Notes: generated from the sequence alone by a model not told the origin. DNA of 52,915 nt from Acidobacteriota bacterium (GCA_019510535.1 JAEKKE010000156.1:1-52915); one strand, 5' to 3'; numbered from the stretch's first letter, positions 27,912 to 41,581 are shown. Program-made: numbers and translations.

Positions 27912-28646
27912 ATGAGCTCTCCACAGATTCAGCCCCTCGACCGCCTCATCCTCGCGCTGGATTATCCCACTCAGTCCGCAGCGCTCCCGGCGGTCGAGGC
28001 TCTTAACGGCCTCATCTCCTGGGTCAAGGTCGGACTGGAGCTCTATCTCGCCGAAGGGCGACCCGTCATTGATTCCTTTCTGCAGCACAAGCTCAACATC
28101 TTCCTCGACCTGAAACTCCACGACATCCCCAACACTGTGGCAGGAGCCGTTCGTTCCGTCTCCGGGTTGGGAGTTGGCCTGTTGACCCTGCACGCCTCCG
28201 GCGGACCCCAGATGCTGGAAGCCGCAGCGAATGCCGCAGCGAAGATTCCCGGAGCTCCCAAGCTGCTGGCAGTCACCGTGCTTACCAGCATGGACCGTAG
28301 CCAGCTCGCTGCAACCGGGATTACCCGCACACCGGCCGAGCAGGTCGCTCTCCTGGGGAAGATGGCGATCAATGCCGGTGTAGATGGTCTGGTCTGCTCC
28401 GGCGAAGAGATTGCGCTGCTGCGCGAGACCATTGGCGATGAGCCGCTGCTCATTGTTCCCGGTATCCGCCCCGCCAGCTCTGAAGCTGGGGATCAGAGGC
28501 GCGTCGTTACACCGGCGTCTGCCATCCGTTCCGGAGCGAGCAAGCTGGTGGTGGGTCGCCCGATCACCCAGGCGACGGATCCGGCGTCAGCGGTCCGTTC
28601 CATCCTGAACGAGATCGATTCCTCCCTTCCTGCGCTTCGGCCTTAA
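27912..28646 (+). CDS. pyrF: Orotidine-5'-phosphate decarboxylase
   Basis: LILALD, KVGLEL, FLDLKLHDIPNT, VTVLTS, PGIRP, VVGRPI. Confidence 0.97.
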   Translation: MSSPQIQPLDRLILALDYPTQSAALPAVEALNGLISWVKVGLELYLAEGRPVIDSFLQHKLNIFLDLKLHDIPNTVAGAVRSVSGLGVGLLTLHASGGPQMLEAAANAAAKIPGAPKLLAVTVLTSMDRSQLAATGITRTPAEQVALLGKMAINAGVDGLVCSGEEIALLRETIGDEPLLIVPGIRPASSEAGDQRRVVTPASAIRSGASKLVVGRPITQATDPASAVRSILNEIDSSLPALRP

Positions 28647-28649
28647 ATG

Positions 28650-28682
28650 ACAAAACCCGGCAAAGGCCGGGTTTGTGTTTTG
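28650..28682. terminator. Bidirectional intrinsic terminator
   Basis: aaacccggc-aaag-gccgggttt flanked by A-rich and T-rich tracts between convergent genes. Confidence 0.75.
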
Positions 28683-28697
28683 AACCTCAAGCGTTGC

Positions 28698-28877
28698 TTA
28701 GAGCTTCTCGTAGAAGTCGCACGCAGAGCAGGAGATATAGACACCACCGGGAACATTGCGCTCACGGTCCTTGACGCGCTTCACGATACGCGTGGGCTTG
28801 GAGCACTTCGGGCAATCCGTGCTCTTGGAGGTGTCCATCACCTTCTTACGATCTGCAGTCTTGGCAATCTTTGCCAT
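28698..28877 (-). CDS. Small basic zinc-ribbon-like protein (59 aa)
   Basis: MAKIAK...CPKC...CSAC; strong SD GAAGGAG; followed by a terminator. Confidence 0.75.
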   Translation of the reverse strand: MAKIAKTADRKKVMDTSKSTDCPKCSKPTRIVKRVKDRERNVPGGVYISCSACDFYEKL

Positions 28878-29031
28878 GGTAGCTCCTTCATCTTCGGGCC
28901 AGGCCACGAAGAAAATGTCTCATCGTTCGCCCCATCGCAGACACGCGAAATCGCTATCTGCTTGTATCCTGCCCCAATCCCGCATTGTGCGTTGGAAAAG
29001 GAACCCGCTCGGGCGAGCGATCGTTTCTATC

Positions 29032-30120
29032 TTACCTCAAGTTGGACTGAAGCTGTTGCTCAGGCTTGTCCTGCTGATCCTTCTTGTCTGGAGGCAATTG
29101 CACCAGAGAGGGAGAGCCGGGTACAGTCTGCTGTTCTCCGTCACGCCGCAGCGAAGGAGGAGGCGCCTGTTTGCCGCTTCCCTCTTCATTTGGCTTGGCG
29201 TCACCCAAGGCAACCGTCCGGACGGCATCTGGATTGATATAGCCGGCCATCTCGTCCTTGTCATGCACCTCGATCGGCTTACCCAGCTCCGCAACCTTGA
29301 TCATCACGACACGATCACCGACAAAACGGACAAAGCGGATTGTCTGCGGGGTGCGGCCGTAGATCCACTCCTCGTACTTGTTGCCGCTCGCGTCATCGAT
29401 CTTTTCCCGAACCTTCATTACCGGTTGCCCCAGCGCAGCAAGCACCATCCGATGATTCATGCCGACCAGGACGCGATGATCAGCGACGGCAAGCTTCAGC
29501 GGTTCCGGCAAGGTATTGGCATATGCCTCTTCACTGGTCTTCACACCAAAGTCAATGACTGGCTCCAACAGGCTCTTGACCTCGGCGGGGGTAAGATCAG
29601 GGATGAATTTTTCGAAGGCGAGCGTGATCCGCGAGCCCGTCGGCTGGTCTTCCGGGGCGACGACGTTGTTGTCGTTGAACTGCACATGCGAAAGCCAACG
29701 GTGCTTCTTGAAGGGGCCGCCGTCCAGATCAATGATGAGGCGGTCCTTCTCAAAGTGCAGGTTCGTCACGACGACCCGGTCTCCGGCCTGCGCAGAGATG
29801 CCCTTCTTATAAAGAGCGTCACGGATAGCGTCTGAGTCCGGAGAGAGCGTGCCATTGGCCTGCAGGGTCAGTCCCTGACCACCCATCGGCAAAGCCCGGT
29901 GGGCGAAACCCTGTTCCGCTTCGAGCATGCGCAGGAGATCTCGCCGGCCTCGCTCTGTCAACGGCTGGGACGGCAGCTCGACCCTTGTGGGATGAAATTC
30001 TGTGACCATGCCGTCGGTAGCGGTGTTTTTGCCAACGACAAATACCTGTCCCTGTGCCGCCGGTAGCCAGAGGGCGGCCAGCGAAGCTGCTACCACCCAA
30101 TACTGTGCCCGCGATGCCAT
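29032..30120 (-). CDS. Secreted hypothetical protein with an SmpA/OmlA(BamE)-like C-terminal motif
   Basis: Signal peptide (AAQG); VGMNHRMVLAALGQP...EEWIYG motif. Confidence 0.65.
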   Translation of the reverse strand: MASRAQYWVVAASLAALWLPAAQGQVFVVGKNTATDGMVTEFHPTRVELPSQPLTERGRRDLLRMLEAEQGFAHRALPMGGQGLTLQANGTLSPDSDAIRDALYKKGISAQAGDRVVVTNLHFEKDRLIIDLDGGPFKKHRWLSHVQFNDNNVVAPEDQPTGSRITLAFEKFIPDLTPAEVKSLLEPVIDFGVKTSEEAYANTLPEPLKLAVADHRVLVGMNHRMVLAALGQPVMKVREKIDDASGNKYEEWIYGRTPQTIRFVRFVGDRVVMIKVAELGKPIEVHDKDEMAGYINPDAVRTVALGDAKPNEEGSGKQAPPPSLRRDGEQQTVPGSPSLVQLPPDKKDQQDKPEQQLQSNLR

Positions 30121-30187
30121 GGAGGTGTTACCTCAAGTTACCAGCATCTTGCGCCTTCCCTGAGGGGCTTGGCAAGTCAGCGTTTTG

Positions 30188-31246
30188 TCATTTTTCCCCG
30201 GATGGGAAATCTGATTGTTCGGCAGCCCGAGGTGCAACTGGCAAGGGTGCAGAAGCCGGCATGATCTGGATGAGTGCTGCTTGTTTTGCGGCAGCTTCAG
30301 CCTCCATGGCAGCATGCTGTGGCGGGGGCGGAGCGTCCATGGGGTACCCGCCGGCTACGATCGGATCAAACCTGTATTTCCAATTGAGGTCGCGGGTTAC
30401 CCCCACAACGACGGCGATGCCAGCCAGAACGACAAATGGCGCCAGCACCGACGCTTCAGGGCCGTAAAGTCCTCCCGTTAGCCAGAACGGAAGACCGGGA
30501 TGAGCCTGCACTACGCTCGAGAAATCCAGACCACTCACCGGAAGGCCGAAGAGAACACCCATGCTGGCATTCCAGCCGAAGTGCAGTCCCCAGGCCATCC
30601 AGAGACTGCGTGTCTGCAGATATGCCACCGACAGCATGATGCCCGCCAGCATGGTGACAAAGACTGCCGGCCAGCCTCCGTGGGGGTTATTCAGATGAAC
30701 CAGGCCAAAGACTGCAGCGAGCAATAAGGTAGCGACCGTCGGTCCAACGGCATCGCGAAGTCGTTGAAAAGCATAGCCGCGGAAGGCGACCTCTTCAACC
30801 AGAGCGGCGACCGCCAGCACGATCAGGTTATTCATGGTGAGCAGAATGGACCGGGCGCTCCACCAGAAAGTGAGGTCGAGCCTGCCGGAGAGCATGATAG
30901 GTAATACCAAGACCGTGATCAGTCCCCAGCCCGTAGCAACTCCCAGGGCGATCTCTTTGCCAAATCCTTCTCGCCGTATAAGCCCCATGGCCTTGATAGG
31001 ACTTTCCTGCCCATCGAGAAGCCGTCCCATGCCCCAAAAGCCGAGCAGCAGCAGGGCCAACCAGAATGTCCGGAAAAATAGTTCATGCGCCGAACTATCG
31101 ATATTCGACGTCGCCATGACGGCAATGATCTTGGAAGCAAAGACCCAGACGGTGCCAAAGACAAAGCGCACGGCTGCGCTGCCCCGAGTCTGGCCTCCAA
31201 AGAGCCCACCGGGGCCACGCATACGGTCCTGGGTCTGCAAAGTCAT
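30188..31246 (-). CDS. CPBP-family intramembrane glutamic endopeptidase (CAAX protease-like)
   Basis: EEVAFRG, FGLVH, HFGWN motifs; multiple TMs. Confidence 0.92.
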   Translation of the reverse strand: MTLQTQDRMRGPGGLFGGQTRGSAAVRFVFGTVWVFASKIIAVMATSNIDSSAHELFFRTFWLALLLLGFWGMGRLLDGQESPIKAMGLIRREGFGKEIALGVATGWGLITVLVLPIMLSGRLDLTFWWSARSILLTMNNLIVLAVAALVEEVAFRGYAFQRLRDAVGPTVATLLLAAVFGLVHLNNPHGGWPAVFVTMLAGIMLSVAYLQTRSLWMAWGLHFGWNASMGVLFGLPVSGLDFSSVVQAHPGLPFWLTGGLYGPEASVLAPFVVLAGIAVVVGVTRDLNWKYRFDPIVAGGYPMDAPPPPQHAAMEAEAAAKQAALIQIMPASAPLPVAPRAAEQSDFPSGEK

Positions 31247-31261
31247 CGTGGCAAACGCAGC

Positions 31262-32107
31262 TTAGGAGGCTACCTCAAAGAACTGGGCCATGTTGCGGAA
31301 CTTGCTGTAGCGTTGGGCCAGCAAGTCATCAACGCTGAGTGCACGAAGGTGGGCCAGATTGACTTCCAGGCGGTCGTTCAGAAGGGAGACCGAATAGGCG
31401 GGATCGTTCTGTGAGCCACCCTCCGGCTCAGCAACGATTTCGTCAACGCAGCCCAGCCGCATCACATCATCTGCGGTGTATTTCAGCGCCTCTGCTGCCT
31501 TCTGCTTTTTGGTTGCATCCTTCCACATGATGGACGCCGCACCCTCGGGAGAGATCACCGAGTACATGGCGTTCTCGAGCATCAGTACCCGATCGGCCAC
31601 AGCCAGCGCGAGTGCTCCCCCGGAGCCTCCCTCACCCGTGATAGTAGCCAGGATCGGCACGCGCAGACGAGCCATCTCGATCAGATTCCGGGCGATGGCC
31701 TCGGCCTGGCCACGTTCCTCCGCGCCGAGGCCTGGATTTGCGCCAGCCAGGTCGATGAAGGTGAAGACCGGGCGGCCAAACTTCTCAGCCAGTTTCATGG
31801 CGCGCAGTGCCTTGCGGTATCCCTCTGGGTCGGGACTGCCGAACTTGCGCAGCATGCGCTCCTTCAGAGTGCGGCCCTTCAGGTTGCAGATGACCATGAC
31901 CTCTTCCCCGTGAAAACGGGCCATACCGGCTGCCATGGCGGGGTCATCGCCGAAGGCACGGTCTCCGTGGATCTCGCTGAAGTCGGTAAAGAGTGCCTGG
32001 ATAAAGTCCATCGGGTATGGGCGCTGGGGATGCCGCGCCATCTCAGTCCTTCGCCATGCCTCAGACGTCTCTGCCACGGCGGGCTTTGCTGCCTCAAAAT
32101 CTGCCAT
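31262..32107 (-). CDS. accA: Acetyl-CoA carboxylase carboxyltransferase alpha subunit
   Basis: HGDRAFGDD, PEGYRKALR, AEERGQ, GEGGSGGAL, YSVISPEG. Confidence 0.97.
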   Translation of the reverse strand: MADFEAAKPAVAETSEAWRRTEMARHPQRPYPMDFIQALFTDFSEIHGDRAFGDDPAMAAGMARFHGEEVMVICNLKGRTLKERMLRKFGSPDPEGYRKALRAMKLAEKFGRPVFTFIDLAGANPGLGAEERGQAEAIARNLIEMARLRVPILATITGEGGSGGALALAVADRVLMLENAMYSVISPEGAASIMWKDATKKQKAAEALKYTADDVMRLGCVDEIVAEPEGGSQNDPAYSVSLLNDRLEVNLAHLRALSVDDLLAQRYSKFRNMAQFFEVAS

Positions 32108-32517
32108 CAGGTTCGATTGTATCGAAGCTGGTCGAGAGCAAGCCAGTTATCGCTGCGGAAGTGCAGCAACATGAAAAAGACGAGGAGATACAGCAACTGC
32201 TGGCTGGCCACATCCCATTGCTGATTGGCGGTAGTACCAGCGGTGAGCATCATCATGAAGAGCGATCCGCAGATCAGAGCAAGGCGGGTTAAGATGCCGA
32301 AGATTAAAGCCAACCCAAGGGCAGCCTCCGCGAATGGGATGACGTAACCAAGAGCGAGTACCAGCCCATGCGGCAACGGAGCATTCGCGAGACGCTGTGC
32401 GGTATTGGCAGCGAAGGCGGCGACGCCGGAGTGGATCCGCGTGAATCCATGACCCGCAAAATTGATACCGAAGGCGATGCGAAGCAGAGCGTACGCTAAC
32501 TGGCGGTCGGTAGCCAT
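32107..32517 (-). CDS. DoxX-family membrane protein
   Basis: LLRIAFGINFAGHG, four TMs, ALD near the C-terminus. Confidence 0.82.
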   Translation of the reverse strand: MATDRQLAYALLRIAFGINFAGHGFTRIHSGVAAFAANTAQRLANAPLPHGLVLALGYVIPFAEAALGLALIFGILTRLALICGSLFMMMLTAGTTANQQWDVASQQLLYLLVFFMLLHFRSDNWLALDQLRYNRT

Positions 32518-32531
32518 GCTCGTTGGACTGC

Positions 32532-34274
32532 CTATATCGCCCGCGAGTTTCGTTTCGCCTCCAGAAAGGACGGTGCAACAGGAGGTACGTCACTGGAGTC
32601 GTTGAGCATCTCCCACCGCACCAGCGAAAATGGGAGATTGCCGTTCAACCAGATGAAATCGTGGAACTGCCGGAGATTGAAGCTCTCCCCCTGCTTTTGG
32701 CGTACATCGGTCATCAGCCGCTGAATATCGAGTTTGCCGATCTGGTAGGTGATCGCCTGTCCTGGAGTCGAGGCAAACATGATGGCCTCGCTCGTTGCTG
32801 TGCCGCGGTCCATCGGGACGACTTTCGTTAGATAGTCCGCGGCTTGCTCCAGCGTGAACTCTCCGAGGGCCAGCTTGACGTCGACCTCCACGCGTAGCGC
32901 CCGCAGGCGCATCATGCCGTAGACGGCCTCTTTCATATGCGGCGAGTCGTCGAGGAGACCGGCTTCCATCGCCATCTCCTCAGCGTAGAACCCGATGCCC
33001 TCGTTCGACTCCGAGTCGTAATAGTGCCGCCGGATCGGGTCGGGGTGATGCCAGCTCCAGGCCATCTGGAAGTAGTGTCCCGGCGAACCTTCGTGCAGCG
33101 TCAGCGGCCGGGTATCCCTTCCGGTAATAGCACCCCAAAAGTTAGTTGTCGGACTCGGAGTTCCCTTGTAGCTGGTGCCGTCTTCCTCAAGTCGCGACGG
33201 TCCGGTGAGGTCGTCAGTCACGCCCATGAAGCTGAGTGCTGCGATGTATGGAGGAACCGGAAGGTAGTAATAGTGCCTGACCTCGGCGGGATCAGAGAGG
33301 ACACCGTGCGTGACCATGTACTTCCGGATGGCGAGCTCGTTCGCTTTCTCCGCATCCATCTGCTTTTCGATCGTTCCGTAGAACGGGACATCGGGGACAC
33401 CGGTGCTGGCGGCTCGTGCTAGAGTTTCAAAGCTTACGGAACGCTCCCACTCCTGGCGGCCCATTCGCAACAGGTCTTCCGGACTGTACTTCATCAGCGC
33501 CACGTTGCGGAGGAACCAGATGTAGCCTTCCCGCCCAACGGCAGTCTTCTCCGGCAACGTGGACTTCCCACGTGTGCTCACCCACTCGCGATACTCCACG
33601 AGCGCCTTTACTGCAGCAGCCTCTGCCTTTTCGAAACGCGGTTTGTTCGCATCGGAGAAGACGGGCAGCAGCCCATCGTGAACCTGCTGCATGTGCGCTT
33701 CGATCTCCTTGAGCTCGGAGATCGTCGCTCGAACGTAAGGCGCGCGAATATCTGTGAGGTTCTTCTTCCCTTCCTCCAGCGTGTAGGGCATGCGCTCCAG
33801 GCGGGAGAGAATGATCTCTTCGCGCGCCGGTGTAATCGGTGGCTTCGGCAGAAGCGCGGCATAGACGGAACCGAGGCTCTGATCGACGTAGAAGAACGGG
33901 TTCTCTTTCCACATCGGGAAAATCGTTAGCTCCCAGTTCACCCGCGCGATAGCAGAGCCAAGCAGGCGATAGTCCACCTGGTCGGCAACCGGTTCCTTCG
34001 CCGCGGAGAGGGCGCGCCACTGCTTTTCAAACGCATCGACCTTCGCCTTGTACTGGGTGACATCGCCTGGCGCCCAATGAACGACAAACGGTTCCGCGCG
34101 TTCGATGCGAGGAATGTCGTCGTTGGCGAAAGGCTGCTCCGTGGCTCGCCAGGTCCAGAACTCCTCGCTCAGGGTACGAAGCTTTGTTTGAAACGCGGAG
34201 GTTTGCGCGGCTGCAGACCACGAAGAAGATGCAACCGCAAACAGCGAGAGCAGGACGATCCGTTTGAGAGGCAT
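32532..34274 (-). CDS. DUF885-family secreted protein (metallopeptidase-like)
   Basis: Signal peptide; HEGSPGHYFQ, NEGIGFYAE, PGQAITYQIG, FNLRQFHD. Confidence 0.88.
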   Translation of the reverse strand: MPLKRIVLLSLFAVASSSWSAAAQTSAFQTKLRTLSEEFWTWRATEQPFANDDIPRIERAEPFVVHWAPGDVTQYKAKVDAFEKQWRALSAAKEPVADQVDYRLLGSAIARVNWELTIFPMWKENPFFYVDQSLGSVYAALLPKPPITPAREEIILSRLERMPYTLEEGKKNLTDIRAPYVRATISELKEIEAHMQQVHDGLLPVFSDANKPRFEKAEAAAVKALVEYREWVSTRGKSTLPEKTAVGREGYIWFLRNVALMKYSPEDLLRMGRQEWERSVSFETLARAASTGVPDVPFYGTIEKQMDAEKANELAIRKYMVTHGVLSDPAEVRHYYYLPVPPYIAALSFMGVTDDLTGPSRLEEDGTSYKGTPSPTTNFWGAITGRDTRPLTLHEGSPGHYFQMAWSWHHPDPIRRHYYDSESNEGIGFYAEEMAMEAGLLDDSPHMKEAVYGMMRLRALRVEVDVKLALGEFTLEQAADYLTKVVPMDRGTATSEAIMFASTPGQAITYQIGKLDIQRLMTDVRQKQGESFNLRQFHDFIWLNGNLPFSLVRWEMLNDSSDVPPVAPSFLEAKRNSRAI

Positions 34275-34328
34275 GCAGACAAACTAACAGCTTGACGGAG
34301 AAGACGGCATCCATGAAGTATCAACTCC

Positions 34329-35363
34329 ATGAAGCAATTGCTCTGCTGCCTGTTACTCCTGCCGGAACTCTTCCTCGCTCCCCATGCAAAGGCACAGCAG
34401 ACTGCTGCCGCGGTACCTCTGTATCGCGACCCGGTCCACGATGGAGCGGCCGATCCGGCGGTGATCTGGAATACGCAGCGCAAGGCATGGTGGATGTTCT
34501 ATACCAATCGCCGCGCCGATATCCAAGACAGTACAGGCGTGCGCTGGGTGCATGGCACCCGGATCGGTATTGCGGAGTCCCGCGATGGAGGAGCGCACTG
34601 GAAGTATCTCGCCGAGGCAGATATTCCCGCCGAGAAACCCGATTACACGTTGTGGGCTCCTGAGGTGATCCAGGTGAAGAGCACGTATCACATGTTTCTT
34701 ACCGTCGTTCCCGGGACCTTCAGCGACTGGAATGCTCCCCGGTATATCGAACACCTCACCAGCACCGATCTTCTCCACTGGAAAGAGATTGGCAAGCTTG
34801 AGCTCGGATCAGACCGCGTTATCGATGCCTGCCTCTTCCGGAAGCCTGATGGCGCATGGCGTCTCTGGTACAAGAATGAGCGCGATGGTTCCAAAATCTA
34901 TATGAGCGACTCCACCGACCTGGAGCACTGGAGTCCCGCAGGAATCGCTGTCAAGACACGCGGAGAAGGACCAGTGGTCTTTGGTTGGAAAGGGACGTTC
35001 TGGTTGATTCAGGATGCCTGGAATGGTCTCGGCGTCTTCCATTCCAGTGACCTGACAAACTGGGAGCGGCAGACGGAGAATCTGCTGCAAGGCCATGGAG
35101 CAAAGCCCACGGACGATGCGCAGGGGCAACATCCGGATGTTGTGGTCGACGCCGCGGGCCGCGCGTGGCTCTTCTACTTCACCCACCAGAGCGGCAAGGA
35201 TGAAAAACCCGGCGATCCGCAATGGAAGCGCCGCACGGTCATGCATGTCACTGAACTGCACGAGAAGGGCGGTGTCTTACAGGTTGATCGCGATGCGCCT
35301 GCAGCAATTCACATGCTGCCACCACCGAAGAACAAGAAGAGCGATGTGTCAGAAGCTTGGTAA
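34329..35363 (+). CDS. Secreted five-bladed beta-propeller glycoside hydrolase (GH43-like)
   Basis: Signal peptide; GAADP, WAPEV, VIDA, EGP, HPDVV. Confidence 0.82.
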   Translation: MKQLLCCLLLLPELFLAPHAKAQQTAAAVPLYRDPVHDGAADPAVIWNTQRKAWWMFYTNRRADIQDSTGVRWVHGTRIGIAESRDGGAHWKYLAEADIPAEKPDYTLWAPEVIQVKSTYHMFLTVVPGTFSDWNAPRYIEHLTSTDLLHWKEIGKLELGSDRVIDACLFRKPDGAWRLWYKNERDGSKIYMSDSTDLEHWSPAGIAVKTRGEGPVVFGWKGTFWLIQDAWNGLGVFHSSDLTNWERQTENLLQGHGAKPTDDAQGQHPDVVVDAAGRAWLFYFTHQSGKDEKPGDPQWKRRTVMHVTELHEKGGVLQVDRDAPAAIHMLPPPKNKKSDVSEAW

Positions 35364-35429
35364 TTTAGCCGGATAGAGCGAATGACTACGAATCATTAGG
35401 CAGAAGGCAGACACAAACACCAATAGAAC

Positions 35430-35458
35430 TCCCATCCATCGGGTTGCGATGGATGGGA
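35430..35458. repeat. REP-like hairpin
   Basis: tcccatccatcg-ggttg-cgatggatggga (12-bp stem). Confidence 0.65.
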
Positions 35459-35468
35459 ACCCAATATC

Positions 35469-35498
35469 AAACACGACCGGCATTTATGCCGGTCGTGT

Positions 35499-35500
<2 letters not shown>
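35469..35500. terminator. Terminator-like hairpin overlapping the dnaE stop
   Basis: aaacacgaccggcat-tt-atgccggtcgtgttt (15-bp inverted repeat). Confidence 0.7.
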
Positions 35501-39017
<3,517 letters not shown>

Positions 39018-39023
39018 GTGTTA

Positions 39024-39029
39024 ATTCTA
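39024..39029 (-). promoter_or_regulatory. -10 box TAGAAT 6 nt upstream of the dnaE ATG
   Basis: Minus strand reads TAGAATtaacacATG; no SD. Confidence 0.55.
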
Positions 39030-39076
39030 GTGAGCTTTCGCAGCGGCTGCAGAGTGTTGAAAAGACGGTACCAAAT

Positions 39077-39097
39077 CTGGCTCGCGAGGCGAGCCAG
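39077..39097. terminator. Possible terminator hairpin downstream of the YdcF gene
   Basis: ctggctcgc-gag-gcgagccag; weak U-tract. Confidence 0.4.
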
Positions 39098-39147
39098 TTG
39101 CTGGTTCCTAATGGTTAGGAATTAGGTGTATCCCTTACCCACCCTAG

Positions 39148-39780
39148 CTATTGTGGCAGGAACTTCGACTTCGGGAAGCCCTTACGGCGAAGCGTCCAGC
39201 AGTACTGCGCCTCATTGAACTCGAAGAGAGCTTCACGCCACCAGCCATATTCGGCCGGTTTGGCGGACCCGTCCGTCTTCCATTCCAGCGGAAAGTGCGA
39301 CAGAATCATGCCTGCACGCGGCAGGTGGCTCTTTGAGCTGACCACCTCCGCAGAGTGCCAGCCATGCTGCTTCATGATCTCGTTCGAGTAATAGATGTTC
39401 TGAACCGTATTCTGCGCCTTGCCCTCTTCAATGACAGCAGATTCCGGAATTCCCTGCTGCTCGGCATAAACAGCCATCGAGTGGGCCTCAACAAAGCGAT
39501 TGTGTGCCGGCCCGCCGGTCATGATGATGACCGGAGCAATGCCTGCTTTCCACTGCCTGACACCTTCAAGCACTCGTTCTCGCTGCTCCGGCGAAGGGGT
39601 TCCGTCATCCTTCGAAGGCGTGCCCAGTACAACAATGGCGTCAAACTTCGCTTGTTGCGTGTTGGAGTTCGGCAAGGTCCAGTGAGCGATCTCCAGCCCA
39701 CCCAGGATGACGACGGCAACTAACAGCAGCACCAACCCGATCCACTTCAGCGTTCGCATCGAGCTTTTATCGCTCCTCAC
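39148..39780 (-). CDS. YdcF/DUF218-family protein
   Basis: N-terminal TM, DAIVVLG, IIMTGG, EAHSM, NTVQN, SHLPRA. Confidence 0.88.
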   Translation of the reverse strand: MRSDKSSMRTLKWIGLVLLLVAVVILGGLEIAHWTLPNSNTQQAKFDAIVVLGTPSKDDGTPSPEQRERVLEGVRQWKAGIAPVIIMTGGPAHNRFVEAHSMAVYAEQQGIPESAVIEEGKAQNTVQNIYYSNEIMKQHGWHSAEVVSSKSHLPRAGMILSHFPLEWKTDGSAKPAEYGWWREALFEFNEAQYCWTLRRKGFPKSKFLPQ

Positions 39781-41486
39781 ACAGATTCTGCAACTTCGGC
39801 CTCGCCGATCATCTGCTCGGCGTTCTTGCGGCTGGCTTCGGTAATGGTGGCGCCACTCAGCATGCGGGCAATCTCGTCCACGCGCTCTTCCCTGCTCGTC
39901 TCCCGTACGCCGGTGCGAGTCTTGCCTGCCTTCACCGTCTTCTCGATCACCAGGTGTGTATCGGCGAAGGCTGCGATCTGAGGCAGGTGCGTAATGCAGA
40001 GCACCTGCTGGCCTTTGCTGAGCTGCTTGAGCTTGCGTCCCACGGCCTCGGCTGCGCGTCCACCGATGCCGATATCAATCTCGTCAAAGATCAATGTGCG
40101 CGGCAACGGCGTCTTCTTACGCAGCTTGCTGACACCGTCTTCGACCGATACCTTCAGCGCCAGCATGACACGCGACATCTCGCCGCCGGAGGCAATCTCA
40201 GTCAATGGAGCCAGAGGTGCCCCCACATTGGTCGCGATGAGGAACGAGATATTGTCCCAGCCGTGTACTGTCCACGCGCCCTCGTCTTCCTCCCAAGCGA
40301 CCTTTACTTCGAAGCGGACCTTCATGGCGAGGTCGTTGATCTGCTTTTCAGCAACCTTCTCCAGACGTGCGGCGGCACTCTTGCGTTCGGCCGTCAGCCG
40401 TCCCGCGGCGAGACGATACTCCAATGCTGCGGCCTCCAACTGCTTGCGTAGCTGCTTGACGAGCTCGTCCCGGTTTTCGATCTCACCCAGCTTGCGGGTG
40501 ACTTCATCCCCGTGTGCGATGACCTCGGCCAGCGTACGGCCGTACTTACGCTTAAGCCGGTCGAGGTGAGCCAGGCGGTCTTCAATCTCCTCCAGGCGCT
40601 GCGGAGATGCATTGATCCCATCGGCATAATCGCGCACCAGAGCTCCGACATCTTCGACCGAAGCCTTGGCCCCCGCGAGCTGCTGAACAGAATCGGCAAA
40701 CCTGGTGTCGAACCGTGCGAGTTCTTCCACTTGGCGAAGCGCCGCGCCGAGCTTGGAAGCAGCTGCGCCTTCTCCCTCGTACAACAAGTCGAGAGCGGTC
40801 ATGGCGCAGGAATAAAGTTTCTCGGAGTTGGCCAGAACACGTTTCTCGGTCTCGAGCGCCGTGTCCTCGTCAGGGCTGGTGAGGCCGGCTTCCTCGATCT
40901 CCTTCGCCTGAAAGCTCCAGAGATCGGCCGACCGCAGGCGGACCTGCTCGTCCCCTTCCAGCTCGCGCAGGCGAGAACTTGCCTCATTCCAGGTCGCATA
41001 AGCGGCGCTTACGTCGGAGAAGACGGAGCCGCCTTCTCCCAGGTAACGATCGAGCAGCCCGCGTTGCTGCGCCTGGTCGAAGGCCGCCAGCGTATCGCTC
41101 TGGGCATGGATCAGGGCGAGTTCCGGTGCAAGCTGCCGCAGCACGGCAACGGTTGCGGGCTGGTTATTCACCCAGACGCGTCCCTTGCCGTTCAGGGCAA
41201 TCTCGCGGCGAAGCAGAATCTCGTCGGACTCGATGTCGATTCCGTTTTCCTCAAGAAGCGCTTCGGCCCCAGGTGTCGCCTCAAAGACACAGCTCACCAC
41301 GGCTTTTTCCGCGCCGTGGCGAACAACGTCACTGGACGCCTTTCCACCCATCAGCAGCGCAAGAGCATCAATCAAAATGGATTTGCCGGCGCCGGTTTCG
41401 CCGGTCAGGAGATTCAGGCCGGGACCGAATCCGGCCACGGCGTGGTCCATTACGGCATAGTTTTCGGCTCGTAATTCCAACAGCAT
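39777..41486 (-). CDS. recN: DNA repair protein RecN
   Basis: LTGETGAGKS, ASGGEMSR, IFDEIDIG, ITHLPQIA. Confidence 0.97.
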   Translation of the reverse strand: MLLELRAENYAVMDHAVAGFGPGLNLLTGETGAGKSILIDALALLMGGKASSDVVRHGAEKAVVSCVFEATPGAEALLEENGIDIESDEILLRREIALNGKGRVWVNNQPATVAVLRQLAPELALIHAQSDTLAAFDQAQQRGLLDRYLGEGGSVFSDVSAAYATWNEASSRLRELEGDEQVRLRSADLWSFQAKEIEEAGLTSPDEDTALETEKRVLANSEKLYSCAMTALDLLYEGEGAAASKLGAALRQVEELARFDTRFADSVQQLAGAKASVEDVGALVRDYADGINASPQRLEEIEDRLAHLDRLKRKYGRTLAEVIAHGDEVTRKLGEIENRDELVKQLRKQLEAAALEYRLAAGRLTAERKSAAARLEKVAEKQINDLAMKVRFEVKVAWEEDEGAWTVHGWDNISFLIATNVGAPLAPLTEIASGGEMSRVMLALKVSVEDGVSKLRKKTPLPRTLIFDEIDIGIGGRAAEAVGRKLKQLSKGQQVLCITHLPQIAAFADTHLVIEKTVKAGKTRTGVRETSREERVDEIARMLSGATITEASRKNAEQMIGEAEVAESV

Positions 41487-41581
41487 GGCAGCCTGAGCAT
41501 AACAAACGCATGCACCAAACTGGGAACCTCACCCAACTTCTGCCCATTTTGCGCGTTTACACTGGGAATAAGCATTTTGTG

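Noticed and set aside
40979-41581. N-terminal 200-aa extension of the TolQ ORF
   Set aside because: Overlaps recN on the opposite strand and is Arg-rich nonsense; the real start is near 41582-41588
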